Source: Pseudobdellovibrionaceae bacterium
GTDB taxonomy: Bacteria > Bdellovibrionota > Bdellovibrionia > Bdellovibrionales > Bdellovibrionaceae
NCBI GenBank assembly: GCA_036559425.1
Contig: DATBTE010000389.1
Span: 1 to 50,952, forward strand
Direction: 5' to 3'
Length of the DNA stretch: 50,952 nt
Below are positions 19,288-29,014 of this stretch, in pieces. How positions within the stretch are numbered: position 1 is the first letter of the stretch; every line of letters begins with the position of its first letter. A program made the position numbers and the translations under genes. The notes under the pieces were generated by a model that had not been told where the DNA came from, ran no database searches, and saw only the letters and a list, made by a program, of their open reading frames with translations.

Positions 19288-19403
19288 TAAAGTTAGAAAA
19301 ATTCAAAGAAGAATTTTAGAAACATAACGCACGCTAATTCAGAATTAATTCGAATTCGATTAGAATAAAATGCCCTGTCACCATTGAGCTTCGAGGTGAC
19401 GAT

Positions 19404-19841
19404 ATGACTTTAACTTTCAATAAATTCGAAGTTCCATGGCTGATCACAGCACTCCAAGAGTATGGCGTGCAAGAAATTGCCGGAGTAAAGAACAACCCAC
19501 GTGTGATCGAATACGCGGCTGAAACTTCGCTTGCTGCCAAAGAGGACTCAGTAGCTTGGTGCGCATCTTTCGTCACCTGGTGCCTTGAAACGTGTGATTA
19601 CAAGTCTACAAAGAGCGCTCGAGCGCGGTCTTACTTGGATTATGGCATCAAATTAGAGAAACCGATTCCAGGATGCATTGTCGTTTATGATCGCGGTGGC
19701 GGCATGGGGCACGTTCATTTTTATTTGTATTCCAAAGACGGTAAAGAATATGGATGCGGCGGAAACCAACAGGACGGCGTGAATGTCTCGGGATATGATA
19801 AGGCCCGCGTACTCGGCTATCGCTGGCCGATGAAGGCATAG
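19404..19841 (+). CDS. TIGR02594-type CHAP/NlpC-P60 peptidoglycan hydrolase (probable endolysin)
   Basis: PW..A..E.GV.E..G..NNPR, AWCASF (Cys), GHV (His), GGNQ, LGYRWP. Confidence 0.88.
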   Translation: MTLTFNKFEVPWLITALQEYGVQEIAGVKNNPRVIEYAAETSLAAKEDSVAWCASFVTWCLETCDYKSTKSARARSYLDYGIKLEKPIPGCIVVYDRGGGMGHVHFYLYSKDGKEYGCGGNQQDGVNVSGYDKARVLGYRWPMKA

Positions 19842-20009
19842 ATGACCACACTCCTTTATCTCTACCTAACTGGCTGGCTCATCACTGGATCATATCACGC
19901 AGGTAAATGCGAAGTAGAGCCAGGTCACTCGATGACAAAGACTGAATGCAAGGTATTCATGAGCGCGGCAAGTGCTGGCTGGCCTTATTATTTGGTGGTG
20001 GGTGAGTGA
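19842..20009 (+). CDS. Small hydrophobic protein (55 aa, below the track cutoff)
   Basis: Abuts the endolysin stop; GTGA overlap with VRR-NUC gene. Confidence 0.55.
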   Translation: MTTLLYLYLTGWLITGSYHAGKCEVEPGHSMTKTECKVFMSAASAGWPYYLVVGE

Positions 20010-20368
20010 CTCCAGAAGGGCGCATTGAGCTTGAAATATTTAATTTTTTGCGTGGTATTGGCATATTTTGTTTCAAGCACGATTCTGTTGGGATATTTGA
20101 TCCGGTCAAAAAAATATACAGAAAATCATCCAATCCTAATCGTGTTGCAGGTGTTTCTGATGTTCTTGGCATTGCTCCTGGGGGCCGCTTTATTGCGATA
20201 GAAGTGAAGTCTGAGAAGGGCCGCCTGACTGATGAACAACGGAAATTTATACGCATGGTGCAGGATAATGGCGGCATCGCTTTTGTGGCCAGGTCGGCGC
20301 GTGGTGTGGCACTAGAGCTTTCGAAGTATTTTCCAAATGATGAGAAGATTAGGAGATATTATCAGTGA
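20006..20368 (+). CDS. VRR-NUC nuclease (Holliday junction resolvase-like)
   Basis: GVSDVLG..GRFIAIEVK..GRLTDEQ..F..GGIAFVARS. Confidence 0.9.
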   Translation: MTPEGRIELEIFNFLRGIGIFCFKHDSVGIFDPVKKIYRKSSNPNRVAGVSDVLGIAPGGRFIAIEVKSEKGRLTDEQRKFIRMVQDNGGIAFVARSARGVALELSKYFPNDEKIRRYYQ

Positions 20369-20616
20369 TCGAAGAAAAAGAAGTGAAAACCGAATTTGTA
20401 TTAAGAATAATTTCTTTTGATTTAAAAGGCGAAGTGACTGGGAACCATGCTCATAGGCTGCGTCCTGAACATTGGAAGACTGACATTGATGGCCTAGCTC
20501 CTATGCTTGTGGGCTTCACCAACGAAATGAAGCTTCAGCTTAAAGATGAGGGCTTCACTATGAGACAACATGATCATGGTACGGTTGAATATGTGTTGCA
20601 AGAGAGTGGATCTTGA
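20365..20616 (+). CDS. Phage hypothetical protein
   Basis: Coupled; SD AGGAG. Confidence 0.65.
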   Translation: MIEEKEVKTEFVLRIISFDLKGEVTGNHAHRLRPEHWKTDIDGLAPMLVGFTNEMKLQLKDEGFTMRQHDHGTVEYVLQESGS

Positions 20617-20816
20617 AATTCAGAGCATTCAGAACGCATGTTGATGCAAGTGGTTGGGGATTTCCAGAAGAAGTGATAGAAATGCGATGGGAGCGCAACG
20701 GAAAGTTCTGTAGGTGCTTTTGTGAGCCTGATTGTAATTGGCAAGGCCTTTTTTATCAGGCAAGGATTCTCAAAAAGAGCCTCAAAGAATATATTAAATC
20801 TACCGAAGTTTCTTAG
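20613..20816 (+). CDS. Cys-rich hypothetical protein
   Basis: TTGA overlap; CRCFCEPDC. Confidence 0.45.
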   Translation: MKFRAFRTHVDASGWGFPEEVIEMRWERNGKFCRCFCEPDCNWQGLFYQARILKKSLKEYIKSTEVS

Positions 20817-21111
20817 TTCTAGTCTTCTTTGGAGTGATTTCTTCGCTGATCTCATCCCAAAACAGAGCATGACCACAATCTGGGCAAGACTTGTATTGTT
20901 TGTCGGTAGTCTTTAAAACCCGAACGTCATTGTAAACCATATATTTGTAATTGGGATTGCTGCTTCGATCTCCGATGATTTTCTCGACACATGCAAAGCT
21001 GTTACAATAGCCACCGTAATTCTTTCTTCTAACGACAGGATTGTCAGTGTGGTGGCCGTAAGCAAAGAGAGCATCATCATCGGTTTGAATTCCAGAATCC
21101 CATTTACCCAT
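20800..21111 (-). CDS. Zinc-ribbon protein
   Basis: CNSFAC...CPDCGH; SD AGGGGA. Confidence 0.65.
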   Translation of the reverse strand: MGKWDSGIQTDDDALFAYGHHTDNPVVRRKNYGGYCNSFACVEKIIGDRSSNPNYKYMVYNDVRVLKTTDKQYKSCPDCGHALFWDEISEEITPKKTRTKKLR

Positions 21112-21195
21112 CAACTTCCCCTTTGATAATCACTATCGACAACGGCGCTCGCTCTTACAATGATAGTAATATAAAACACAAATTCAAGGATAACT

Positions 21196-21546
21196 ATGGC
21201 GCTTTATAATGATAAAGGGACCGATGAACTCACAGGAAAACTCGAGGGGTTCATTCAGTTTTTTCGCGAAAAAACGGGCAAAGACATAGATCGGGAATAT
21301 TTAAAGAAAGTATTATCCGAGATCTATGATCAGAAGAGGCGGCAACTCATCAATCAATCTTTTGGTACAGAAACTCCAGCTACTTTGAGACTTTTGATTG
21401 ATGCTTTCGATGATCTTTTGCCTGTGGTTCAAGAGCAGATCTTGGCAATTGCCGAAGAGCCATCAGAAGAGGTTCTTCAGCTTCCCGATCTTCTTCCTGA
21501 AGAAGAAGTAATCAAACCAAGGAAGCGCAAACCGAAGAATGGCTAG
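21196..21546 (+). CDS. Hypothetical protein, first gene of the packaging operon
   Basis: SD AAGGA; overlaps the small terminase. Confidence 0.75.
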   Translation: MALYNDKGTDELTGKLEGFIQFFREKTGKDIDREYLKKVLSEIYDQKRRQLINQSFGTETPATLRLLIDAFDDLLPVVQEQILAIAEEPSEEVLQLPDLLPEEEVIKPRKRKPKNG

Positions 21547-21961
21547 ACCAGTTGGTACGCGTGCAAAAATAACTCAAGCTGCTTTAAAGGATATGGAGCG
21601 ACTTGGAGTCAATCCAATCGAGATGCTGAAGGCAGTCTATGACCGCGCTATCACAGCTTTTGATGGGCATAGGGGTGACACTGATAAATCCGATGCGGGC
21701 CCTAGTTATTTGGCCGTGGCTCAACAAGCTGCTGCGAATCTTGCCAAGTACAAGCATCCGGCTCTGTCAGCAATCGCTTTTAAAGACATGGGCGAAAGCG
21801 AGGAAGACAGAAAACCGATCACGACAGAAGAAGCGATGAGAATTATTCGGTCTGATCCATTTGCGCCGGACGAGATCAAAGAAATACCAAATGAGCAGGT
21901 CATTGATGCCATGAAATCGGGCATTCAAGCGCCTTTGTTGCCTGGGGGGAAGAATGAGTGA
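21539..21961 (+). CDS. Terminase small subunit (probable)
   Basis: ARPVGT N-terminus, NPIEML, AANLAKYKHPALSAI; position before TerL. Confidence 0.75.
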   Translation: MARPVGTRAKITQAALKDMERLGVNPIEMLKAVYDRAITAFDGHRGDTDKSDAGPSYLAVAQQAAANLAKYKHPALSAIAFKDMGESEEDRKPITTEEAMRIIRSDPFAPDEIKEIPNEQVIDAMKSGIQAPLLPGGKNE

Positions 21962-23327
21962 TGGCCTCATTGACCTTGCGGAAGCAATCCAAGAGCTGAA
22001 TTCAAGGTGGAAGCCACATGAGGCGCAAATCCCTATTGGCCGGGCTTTGTTCTATCAAGGAGCAAAAGACATCTTTGTCTGCGCCGGCCGTAACTTCGGG
22101 AAGACTGAACTCGCCGGTTATTGCTCCTGGAGATATGCGGCTGAGCATCCGGGATCTGAGAATTACATCTTTGAGCCGTATTCAAAGCAAGCGCGTGAGA
22201 TCCTCTGGGCTTCTCAAAGGATTCAGAATTTTGGTCCTGAGCAGTGGGTGGAAGGTCTTAACACCACAGAAATGAGGATTACCTTCAAGAATGGCTCATT
22301 TATTAAGCTTGAAGGATCTGACAATAGCGCTGCAATGGCCGGAATTAAACCCAAGGGACTGATAATTTATGACGAATTTAAAGATCATCGTTTCACTTCT
22401 ATTGATAACTTCGAGCCTAACCGAGCGGCTTTTGATGTTCCTGCATTATTCATCGGAACACCTCCAATGGTTCATAACCACTATGTGGATTATATGGATC
22501 TTGCTAAGTCTGACTCAAATTGGCGCTTTTTTCATGCTCCTACTTCGTCTAATCCATTCATTAAGAAATCTTGGCTGGAAAGGAAGAAAGCCGAAAAGAT
22601 AAAGATGGGGGACCTTGAGGGGTGGCTCCGGGAATATGAAGCACTTTTTGTTAAAGGTGGCAAAGGATCAATCTTTCCGCAGTTCTTTAAGATGTCGCGT
22701 CCTAATTTCGATGAGGTTAGGCCAAAGGACCTCAACAAATGGCAGATATTGGTCTCTTTCGATCCAGCTTCCACTTCAGTCTTTGGCGTGGTTTTCCTGC
22801 TTTTCAACGAGTGGACCAAGCAAACAATCGTGTTTGATGAACTTTATGTCGATGACCAAGCTTTGATGACAGCCAGGGAGATCCATCGGCAAGTTGAAGA
22901 GAAGCTCCAATCTTACCTCAAAAAAGTGAAAGACATTCGCTTTGGTTATGACGAAGCGGCAGCCTGGTTTCGGAACGAAATAAACGAATTCTCAAATTGG
23001 TGGCTAGAGCCAAGTTCAAAGTCTGACTTTGGTGTGGATGGCTACATAAATTTAGTCCGGCAGCACATGAATAAAGGGCTCCTTACTGTTTGCGCCAATT
23101 GCCCAAAACTTATCTGGGAACTTGAAAGCTATCAAAAAGATGAGAATGGCCGAATCCCAAAAGAAAATGATCACAACATCAATGCGCTTCAATACGGATT
23201 ATCATGTCTTGGTTTAAGACTTGATGAAGATAAGCCGCCTATTGAAACCGATCCTGACATGCAAAAACGCTTCCATAGATGGGAAGAAGAACTCGAATTC
23301 TCTTCCACTCCGGCAGAGATTGATTAA
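21954..23327 (+). CDS. Terminase large subunit
   Basis: PHEAQ Q-motif, Walker A AGRNFGKT, Walker B IIYDE, GTP coupling motif, RNaseH SFDP..NDH..NA. Confidence 0.95.
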   Translation: MSDGLIDLAEAIQELNSRWKPHEAQIPIGRALFYQGAKDIFVCAGRNFGKTELAGYCSWRYAAEHPGSENYIFEPYSKQAREILWASQRIQNFGPEQWVEGLNTTEMRITFKNGSFIKLEGSDNSAAMAGIKPKGLIIYDEFKDHRFTSIDNFEPNRAAFDVPALFIGTPPMVHNHYVDYMDLAKSDSNWRFFHAPTSSNPFIKKSWLERKKAEKIKMGDLEGWLREYEALFVKGGKGSIFPQFFKMSRPNFDEVRPKDLNKWQILVSFDPASTSVFGVVFLLFNEWTKQTIVFDELYVDDQALMTAREIHRQVEEKLQSYLKKVKDIRFGYDEAAAWFRNEINEFSNWWLEPSSKSDFGVDGYINLVRQHMNKGLLTVCANCPKLIWELESYQKDENGRIPKENDHNINALQYGLSCLGLRLDEDKPPIETDPDMQKRFHRWEEELEFSSTPAEID

Positions 23328-23349
23328 CCATTACGATTGGAGGGCTTTA

Positions 23350-23667
23350 ATGGATTCCGAATTCAAAAAGCGTATGCAGTTACTTGATCCCAACTATGTT
23401 GCTCCAGACTCCGAAAGAGTCAAAAATAGAAAACCAATCGACATCAAAACAGAGGCTCCCAGAAAGAATGAAGCGGGCCTTGAGTATGTTCCTGATACTC
23501 CAGTCGATAGCCACCTTCAGCAACTTTATATCGACCGCATGATGGATAAAGACTCAGTCGATAAGCTTGATTTAATCCCTGAAGATCCAACGGAGATGAT
23601 GGAAGAAAATCCCAATACGAAACTTAAGCCAGATCTCGCAGCATTAAATAAGAAAAGGAAAAAGTAA
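23350..23667 (+). CDS. Phage hypothetical protein
   Basis: ATG 23350 after GGAGG. Confidence 0.7.
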   Translation: MDSEFKKRMQLLDPNYVAPDSERVKNRKPIDIKTEAPRKNEAGLEYVPDTPVDSHLQQLYIDRMMDKDSVDKLDLIPEDPTEMMEENPNTKLKPDLAALNKKRKK

Positions 23668-23915
23668 TGGAACTCGCAGCATTCATTATCGCAGTCATTG
23701 CGCTGATTGTGAGCTTAGCCTCACTGACTTGGCTGATCGCTAAGCAGCTCTCAACACACCAGGTGCAGCTTGTACCCGTCGATCCATTTGCACAATTTGA
23801 TCCTGGCAAAGTAGGCGCAAAGACAAGTCCAATGGGTGATGATTTTAAAGAGCTTGGTGAACCGCTAAGCCCTGAAGAGAAAGAGTATTTCGATAAGTTA
23901 AAAGCTAAAAAGTAA
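23667..23915 (+). CDS. Small membrane-anchored protein
   Basis: N-terminal TM helix; TAATG overlap. Confidence 0.7.
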   Translation: MELAAFIIAVIALIVSLASLTWLIAKQLSTHQVQLVPVDPFAQFDPGKVGAKTSPMGDDFKELGEPLSPEEKEYFDKLKAKK

Positions 23916-23971
23916 AAAAATATAAATAACACTTATTCAATTCTCCCATAACTAGGGAGCTTGGAGAAAAC

Positions 23972-26086
23972 GTGGCACAGCCTCAATTCTTTTCGGATTT
24001 AGACAATCCGTCGAGCTTTTCTAACAAAAAGCCTTTTTTCGCTATTGATTTAACCAAAGACGCTGAAGTCTTCACTTGGCTGAAAGATGAGTTAGCTCAT
24101 TTACAGCATGATGGGACCGAGCGCCTTGAGAAGATCAAGAACAATTACATGCGCTACAAGGGTATTCAGTACCTTCAGCAAGTGTATCTCCCAAGGGATA
24201 TGCCTGATACTCGTAAGCGCTACATGCCTCAAGTAACAGTTCCTTTAATCAGAAACGTGACTGATGAGATTGTGTCTCGATTGCTTGAATTTAAGCCCTC
24301 TGTGGCCGTGATGCCCATCAACGATGAAGAGGGTGATAAGGTTGATGCAAAAATCGCTAAGCGCTTTCTTTCGCATGTGGATTACAACGACAAATTGGAC
24401 CAAAAGATCCTCACTTGGTGTCGTGATTCTAAAATTGCTGGTGAAGCTTATATTTGGCCAAATTGGAATCCTGATATTGGTGACGTTTTAAACGAAGATC
24501 AAATCGGCGCGACTCCGGTTTGTATCGGCGACATTTCTAATAGAAATATGTCGGTATTTAATACCTTCTATCAAAAGGTCCGACGCTTTGAAGATGTCGA
24601 TTATGTCTTTTACGTGACCTATGAGTACACAGAAGGTCTAAAGCGCGACTACCCAGATAAAGAATCCATCATAAAATCTGACAACGTTCGGTATTACGAT
24701 ACTGAAAAGATGACCGATGAAACTCTGGAAGGGTTCTCTTATAAATTCCACTTCTATTATAGGCCTACAAAATACCTTCCTACCGGCTTTGAGGCTTGCT
24801 TCACAGAGCTTGGAATCCTCAAAAGCGGGCCATTCCCTTTTAGACACAAAAAATTACCAATGATTCGCCTGGTGGATCAGCAAAACCCTGAAGAACTCCA
24901 TGGTGAGTCTTCAATGGAATATACTCGCGGGATCGCAGCGCAGTTTAATAATATGACGAACTTAATTATTAAGCAGCAAATGCTCTGTGCTCATCCGAAG
25001 TGGTTCTATGAGGCGGCTTCTCTTGATGAGCAGCTTCTAGGCAATGACACCAATATCGTAAAGCTAAAGCCTGGTTCAAAGGCTCCAGTCCTTGCTCAAG
25101 GGGCTCCGGTATCGCAGCAGGTTTTTGATTTCAGAGAGAAGCTCAAAGAAGAGTTCTACTCCATGAGTAAATCTAACTCAGTAGTGCAAGGGGAGCCACC
25201 GCAAGGGGTGACTGCATTCGTTGCTTTACAATTCGTTTCTGAATCGGAAAGCAGAAGGATGTCCACTGACGTGCAGGTCCTGAACGCTGCTATTCGTGAC
25301 CTTTACGACATGGATTTAAAGCTTGCGGCGCAGTTCTATAAGCCTGAAGACGAACGCACTATGATGCTTCTCGGTCCTGATGGAAAATGGTTAACCAAAT
25401 CTTATAATCCTAAATCACTTCAAGGGCCTTTCGCGGTCATGGTGCAAAACCAAACTGCATTGCCGGAGTCTCGTGCAGTCCGTACGCAATTCGTGCTCGA
25501 TATGTCAGAGCGCTATCCAGGGCTTCTTCCGAAAGAACAAGTCATTGAAATGCTAGGTCTTGGCCAGTCTGAGAAATTCATGGATCTCGGATCTGCGGCT
25601 GCTCGTGCGGCTGAGGAAGAGCAAGAAATTATTTTAGATCAAGGTCAGCAAATTGAACCGGCTGAATGGGAAGATCACATTACGCATTGGAAGATTCACA
25701 CCATGAAGATTCAGGACATCGGCTTTAAGACAGCCACAAGTCCAGAGTCTCAGGAAATGATGAAGGATCATATTCTCGCCACAGAAATGCTCATGATTGA
25801 GCAGGCTAAACGCTCTCCTCAATTGACTCAACTGTTGTTGATGCTCCCGAACTTCCCAATTTTCTACGTCGATTCTCAAGCGCAAATGGCAGCCGGAATG
25901 CTGACAGGAACTATTCCAGCAGTCATGCAAGGGGCTCAAGGCGCTATGCAAGCAATGAGTCCACCGATGCCGGAAGAGCCACAACCTGGGGCTCAAGGAA
26001 AGCCGATGAACTCAAGCCCGAGTGATATTTCTCAAGGCGTAGGATCGGAACCAACACCAGCGGGCGCAAAACCAACAACAGCATAA
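23972..26086 (+). CDS. Portal protein (P22-like)
   Basis: 704 aa after TerL; D...AK.A..FL motif; low-complexity P/Q tail. Confidence 0.85.
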   Translation: MAQPQFFSDLDNPSSFSNKKPFFAIDLTKDAEVFTWLKDELAHLQHDGTERLEKIKNNYMRYKGIQYLQQVYLPRDMPDTRKRYMPQVTVPLIRNVTDEIVSRLLEFKPSVAVMPINDEEGDKVDAKIAKRFLSHVDYNDKLDQKILTWCRDSKIAGEAYIWPNWNPDIGDVLNEDQIGATPVCIGDISNRNMSVFNTFYQKVRRFEDVDYVFYVTYEYTEGLKRDYPDKESIIKSDNVRYYDTEKMTDETLEGFSYKFHFYYRPTKYLPTGFEACFTELGILKSGPFPFRHKKLPMIRLVDQQNPEELHGESSMEYTRGIAAQFNNMTNLIIKQQMLCAHPKWFYEAASLDEQLLGNDTNIVKLKPGSKAPVLAQGAPVSQQVFDFREKLKEEFYSMSKSNSVVQGEPPQGVTAFVALQFVSESESRRMSTDVQVLNAAIRDLYDMDLKLAAQFYKPEDERTMMLLGPDGKWLTKSYNPKSLQGPFAVMVQNQTALPESRAVRTQFVLDMSERYPGLLPKEQVIEMLGLGQSEKFMDLGSAAARAAEEEQEIILDQGQQIEPAEWEDHITHWKIHTMKIQDIGFKTATSPESQEMMKDHILATEMLMIEQAKRSPQLTQLLLMLPNFPIFYVDSQAQMAAGMLTGTIPAVMQGAQGAMQAMSPPMPEEPQPGAQGKPMNSSPSDISQGVGSEPTPAGAKPTTA

Positions 26087-26102
26087 AAGGAGACAATGAA
26101 AT

Positions 26103-27323
26103 ATGGCAGAGGCAGTAATTACACCAATGAATAATTCCCCAGCAGCAACGGCCACGGCAAAAGCGCCGGACATGGCAGGGGACGCACCAAAGACTTTTGA
26201 TGAACTTCAGGCAGCGATTGACGGCAAGAAAGCTGAAGATCGCAAAGCTAAAAAAGAAGCGCAGGAAGCAAGGGAGCCCAAAGGCGAGACGAAAGACAAA
26301 CCAACGGACATATCTCGCGCAGACTCCAAGGGCAAAGAAGCGAAGTCGAAAGACAAAGAGCCTAAAGAATCAAAAGACAAAGAAGAAGATGATTCAAAAA
26401 AAGAAGAACCAAAGCCTAAGAAAACCCTCAAGTACAAAAAAGGGGAAGATGAGGCTGAGATTGATGAAGATGCTATGTTCACGCATCTTATCAATGGCCA
26501 AGAGGTCCAGGTCAGTGCGCGTGATCTTTTAAATAATTATTCCGGCAAAACAGCATGGGATAAGAAGTTCTCTGAAGTCGATAGAAAAGCGAAAGACTTC
26601 GAAGGAAAATATTCTAAAGTCCAACAGCAATTAAAGGGACTCTTTGAAGAACAAGATCCTGAGATGCGTATTTGGAAAATGGCAGAAGTTGCCGGAATGA
26701 ATCCGATACAATTTAAAAAGTTTTATCTTGACGATAATATCTCACTCGTTGAAAAATATTATTCAATGACGGATGAGGAGAGAGATAGCTACTTTCTCCA
26801 AGAAGAAAATAAATATCTTCGTCATAAAAATGAGACTGTAGCCCAAGCAGAAAAAACTCGGCAAGCCCAAGCGGAACTGAGTAAAAAATTAGAGGGATTA
26901 CGGCAAGCTCACCAAGTATCTGAAGATGATTTTTGGAGTACCTATGAGTCTATCGCGGCGGTGGCCGATGATGGGAAGCTCGAACAAGACGGTATAAAAT
27001 CAGCCAAAGACATCACTCCCGAAAAAGTAATTGAAATTTATCAGAAGGAACATCTGTTCAGCGCAGGCATTGAGGCTATGAAAAGCACAAGTATTAAGCC
27101 TGAGCTGCAAGGTAATGCCTTAAAAGAGCTTGTCGATACGGCATTTGCTCAAGGCCTTAAACCTCAAGATATTCCCGATATGATTTCTGAAATTTGGGGC
27201 GTTAAACGCAGAGAAAACAAGGTGGCTGAAAAAGTGAAGGAGCGCGAAGAGTTTATCAGTGGCAAAAAGGAAGTTGCTACTCCGAAAACGAATCGTGAAC
27301 CAATGTTCTTTAGCGATTTATAA
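26103..27323 (+). CDS. Capsid scaffolding protein
   Basis: Charged disordered N-terminus, INGQEVQVS..DL..YS, coiled coil; between portal and capsid. Confidence 0.8.
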   Translation: MAEAVITPMNNSPAATATAKAPDMAGDAPKTFDELQAAIDGKKAEDRKAKKEAQEAREPKGETKDKPTDISRADSKGKEAKSKDKEPKESKDKEEDDSKKEEPKPKKTLKYKKGEDEAEIDEDAMFTHLINGQEVQVSARDLLNNYSGKTAWDKKFSEVDRKAKDFEGKYSKVQQQLKGLFEEQDPEMRIWKMAEVAGMNPIQFKKFYLDDNISLVEKYYSMTDEERDSYFLQEENKYLRHKNETVAQAEKTRQAQAELSKKLEGLRQAHQVSEDDFWSTYESIAAVADDGKLEQDGIKSAKDITPEKVIEIYQKEHLFSAGIEAMKSTSIKPELQGNALKELVDTAFAQGLKPQDIPDMISEIWGVKRRENKVAEKVKEREEFISGKKEVATPKTNREPMFFSDL

Positions 27324-27385
27324 GTTCTTTAAAAATTAAATATTAACAATTTCTTTGCTCCGTAACTGGGGCCGGAGGTTTCACC

Positions 27386-28603
27386 ATGGCTCAAATGAGT
27401 CTGACGGCGTCGTCTGCGCTGTTTAAAACAAAATTCGGCAAGATGTCCGAAAACGCTTACAATTCCTATAACCCAATGCTTGGTACTATCAAAAAACAGT
27501 ACGATTTTACCGGCGACGAAATGAAGGTAGCAGTACCGACTTTCTTCTCAGGTGGTGTCGGTTCAGGATCTCTTCCAACCGCAAACCCTGCGTCAGCAGT
27601 GAAAGCAACACTGACAGCGAAAAAAGTTTACGCGACTACTGAAATTGATCGTGAGTCTTTAAAAGCTTCTTCTAATGATGAAGGTTCTTTTGTAAATGGC
27701 ATGAAATGGGTTTCTGAGAAAACCGTTGAAGCCTACAATCGAAATGCTTCTCGTATTCTTTTCAGTGACGGAACTGGTGCTTTAGGTACTACTACAGCAG
27801 CCGATTTCGTTGATGTGACCGGAACAACTTTTGGAGTGGGTGACACAGCTTATGCTCTTTTCACTGCAGCTTCTTGGGTAGAAGGTTATTGGGAAGAAAA
27901 TGACTATGTAAACGTGGGCACAGCAGCAGACGTTCTAGAAGTCATCGCGGTTGATAACACTCTTCGCAAAGTCACTTTCGAGAAGATTTCAGGAACAACT
28001 GACTTCGGAACTGGTGGCGCTGGTACTTCAAAAATCATCTACATGCAGAACTCTAAGGACAATGATCCTATGGGCTTAAAAGGCGTGTGCGATGCTACTA
28101 CTTCCACTCTTTACGGAGTTGATGTGGCTCGTCGTTGGATGGCGACTCAGATCGCAGCGGCAAGCGCTGGTATCTCTGAAGACATCATGAATGAGCTTGT
28201 AATCACAATCCAAAAGAAATGCGGTAAGGCTCCTAAGAAGCTTGTTACCTCTTACACTCAGTATCGCAAGATTTCTAACTTCCTTGAAGACAAGAAAGTT
28301 TACCAAATCGAAGCGCGTGCTCCTGAGTTGAAAGGTATCGTTGGATGGAAGGCATTGTCTTATATGTCTGACGCTGGTGAGATCGCTATCATCCCAGATC
28401 GCATGTGCGCAGAAGATCGCGTTTATGGCGTGAATGATGACTACATCACTTCTTACCATAGACCAGACTTCGGTTGGTTTGATGATGATGGAACAGTGTT
28501 CTTGAGAACCTCAGGTGATGCTTATGCAGCTCGCTACGGTGGTTACTACCAGAACTACATCATCCCTAGCTTCCAAGGTGTCGTTACAGGTCTTGCAACA
28601 TAA
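27386..28603 (+). CDS. Major capsid protein
   Basis: 405 aa after the scaffold, strong SD, high-expression codon use, terminator follows. Confidence 0.85.
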   Translation: MAQMSLTASSALFKTKFGKMSENAYNSYNPMLGTIKKQYDFTGDEMKVAVPTFFSGGVGSGSLPTANPASAVKATLTAKKVYATTEIDRESLKASSNDEGSFVNGMKWVSEKTVEAYNRNASRILFSDGTGALGTTTAADFVDVTGTTFGVGDTAYALFTAASWVEGYWEENDYVNVGTAADVLEVIAVDNTLRKVTFEKISGTTDFGTGGAGTSKIIYMQNSKDNDPMGLKGVCDATTSTLYGVDVARRWMATQIAAASAGISEDIMNELVITIQKKCGKAPKKLVTSYTQYRKISNFLEDKKVYQIEARAPELKGIVGWKALSYMSDAGEIAIIPDRMCAEDRVYGVNDDYITSYHRPDFGWFDDDGTVFLRTSGDAYAARYGGYYQNYIIPSFQGVVTGLAT

Positions 28604-28614
28604 TTAAAAACATT

Positions 28615-28660
28615 GAGGCTGCGCGGGGTTTTTGTCTTTTTCCCCCTGCGTGGCCTTTTT
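28615..28660 (+). terminator. Intrinsic terminator after the capsid gene
   Basis: GAGGCTGCGCGGGG...CCCTGCGTGGCCTT plus T run. Confidence 0.75.
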
Positions 28661-28673
28661 ATTGGAGGCTTAA

Positions 28674-29006
28674 ATGTCTAGCAAACAAGTCCTGTGCCCT
28701 CAGAGGGAGATGCGACTGATGTCTGTCAAAGTTGATGGCACAGGTACGGCGGCTCTATCAGGGACATGTTCTAACAACATGACTCTGACTGACAACGGTA
28801 CGGGTGATTATACTTTGACTTACAATCTACCGTTTTTGCGTGCTCCTGAAATCGTAGCTACCGCAATCACGGATAATATTTACTGTAAAATCGGCGCTTC
28901 GGCTGTCGGATCTTGTCAGATTCTAACAGAGAATCTTTCAGGCGCTGCAACTGATGCAGATTTTCACGTCATCATCATTGGTAGTGATACTGCCGACGCA
29001 CAATAG
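28674..29006 (+). CDS. Virion decoration-like beta protein
   Basis: LTDNGTGDYTLTY..PF...P motif; paralogue of the next gene. Confidence 0.65.
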   Translation: MSSKQVLCPQREMRLMSVKVDGTGTAALSGTCSNNMTLTDNGTGDYTLTYNLPFLRAPEIVATAITDNIYCKIGASAVGSCQILTENLSGAATDADFHVIIIGSDTADAQ

Positions 29007-29014
29007 GGGGAATT

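Noticed and set aside
21150-21159. CGCTCTTACA, resembling lambda nutR boxA
   Set aside because: Short match with no boxB hairpin or N-like gene; may be chance
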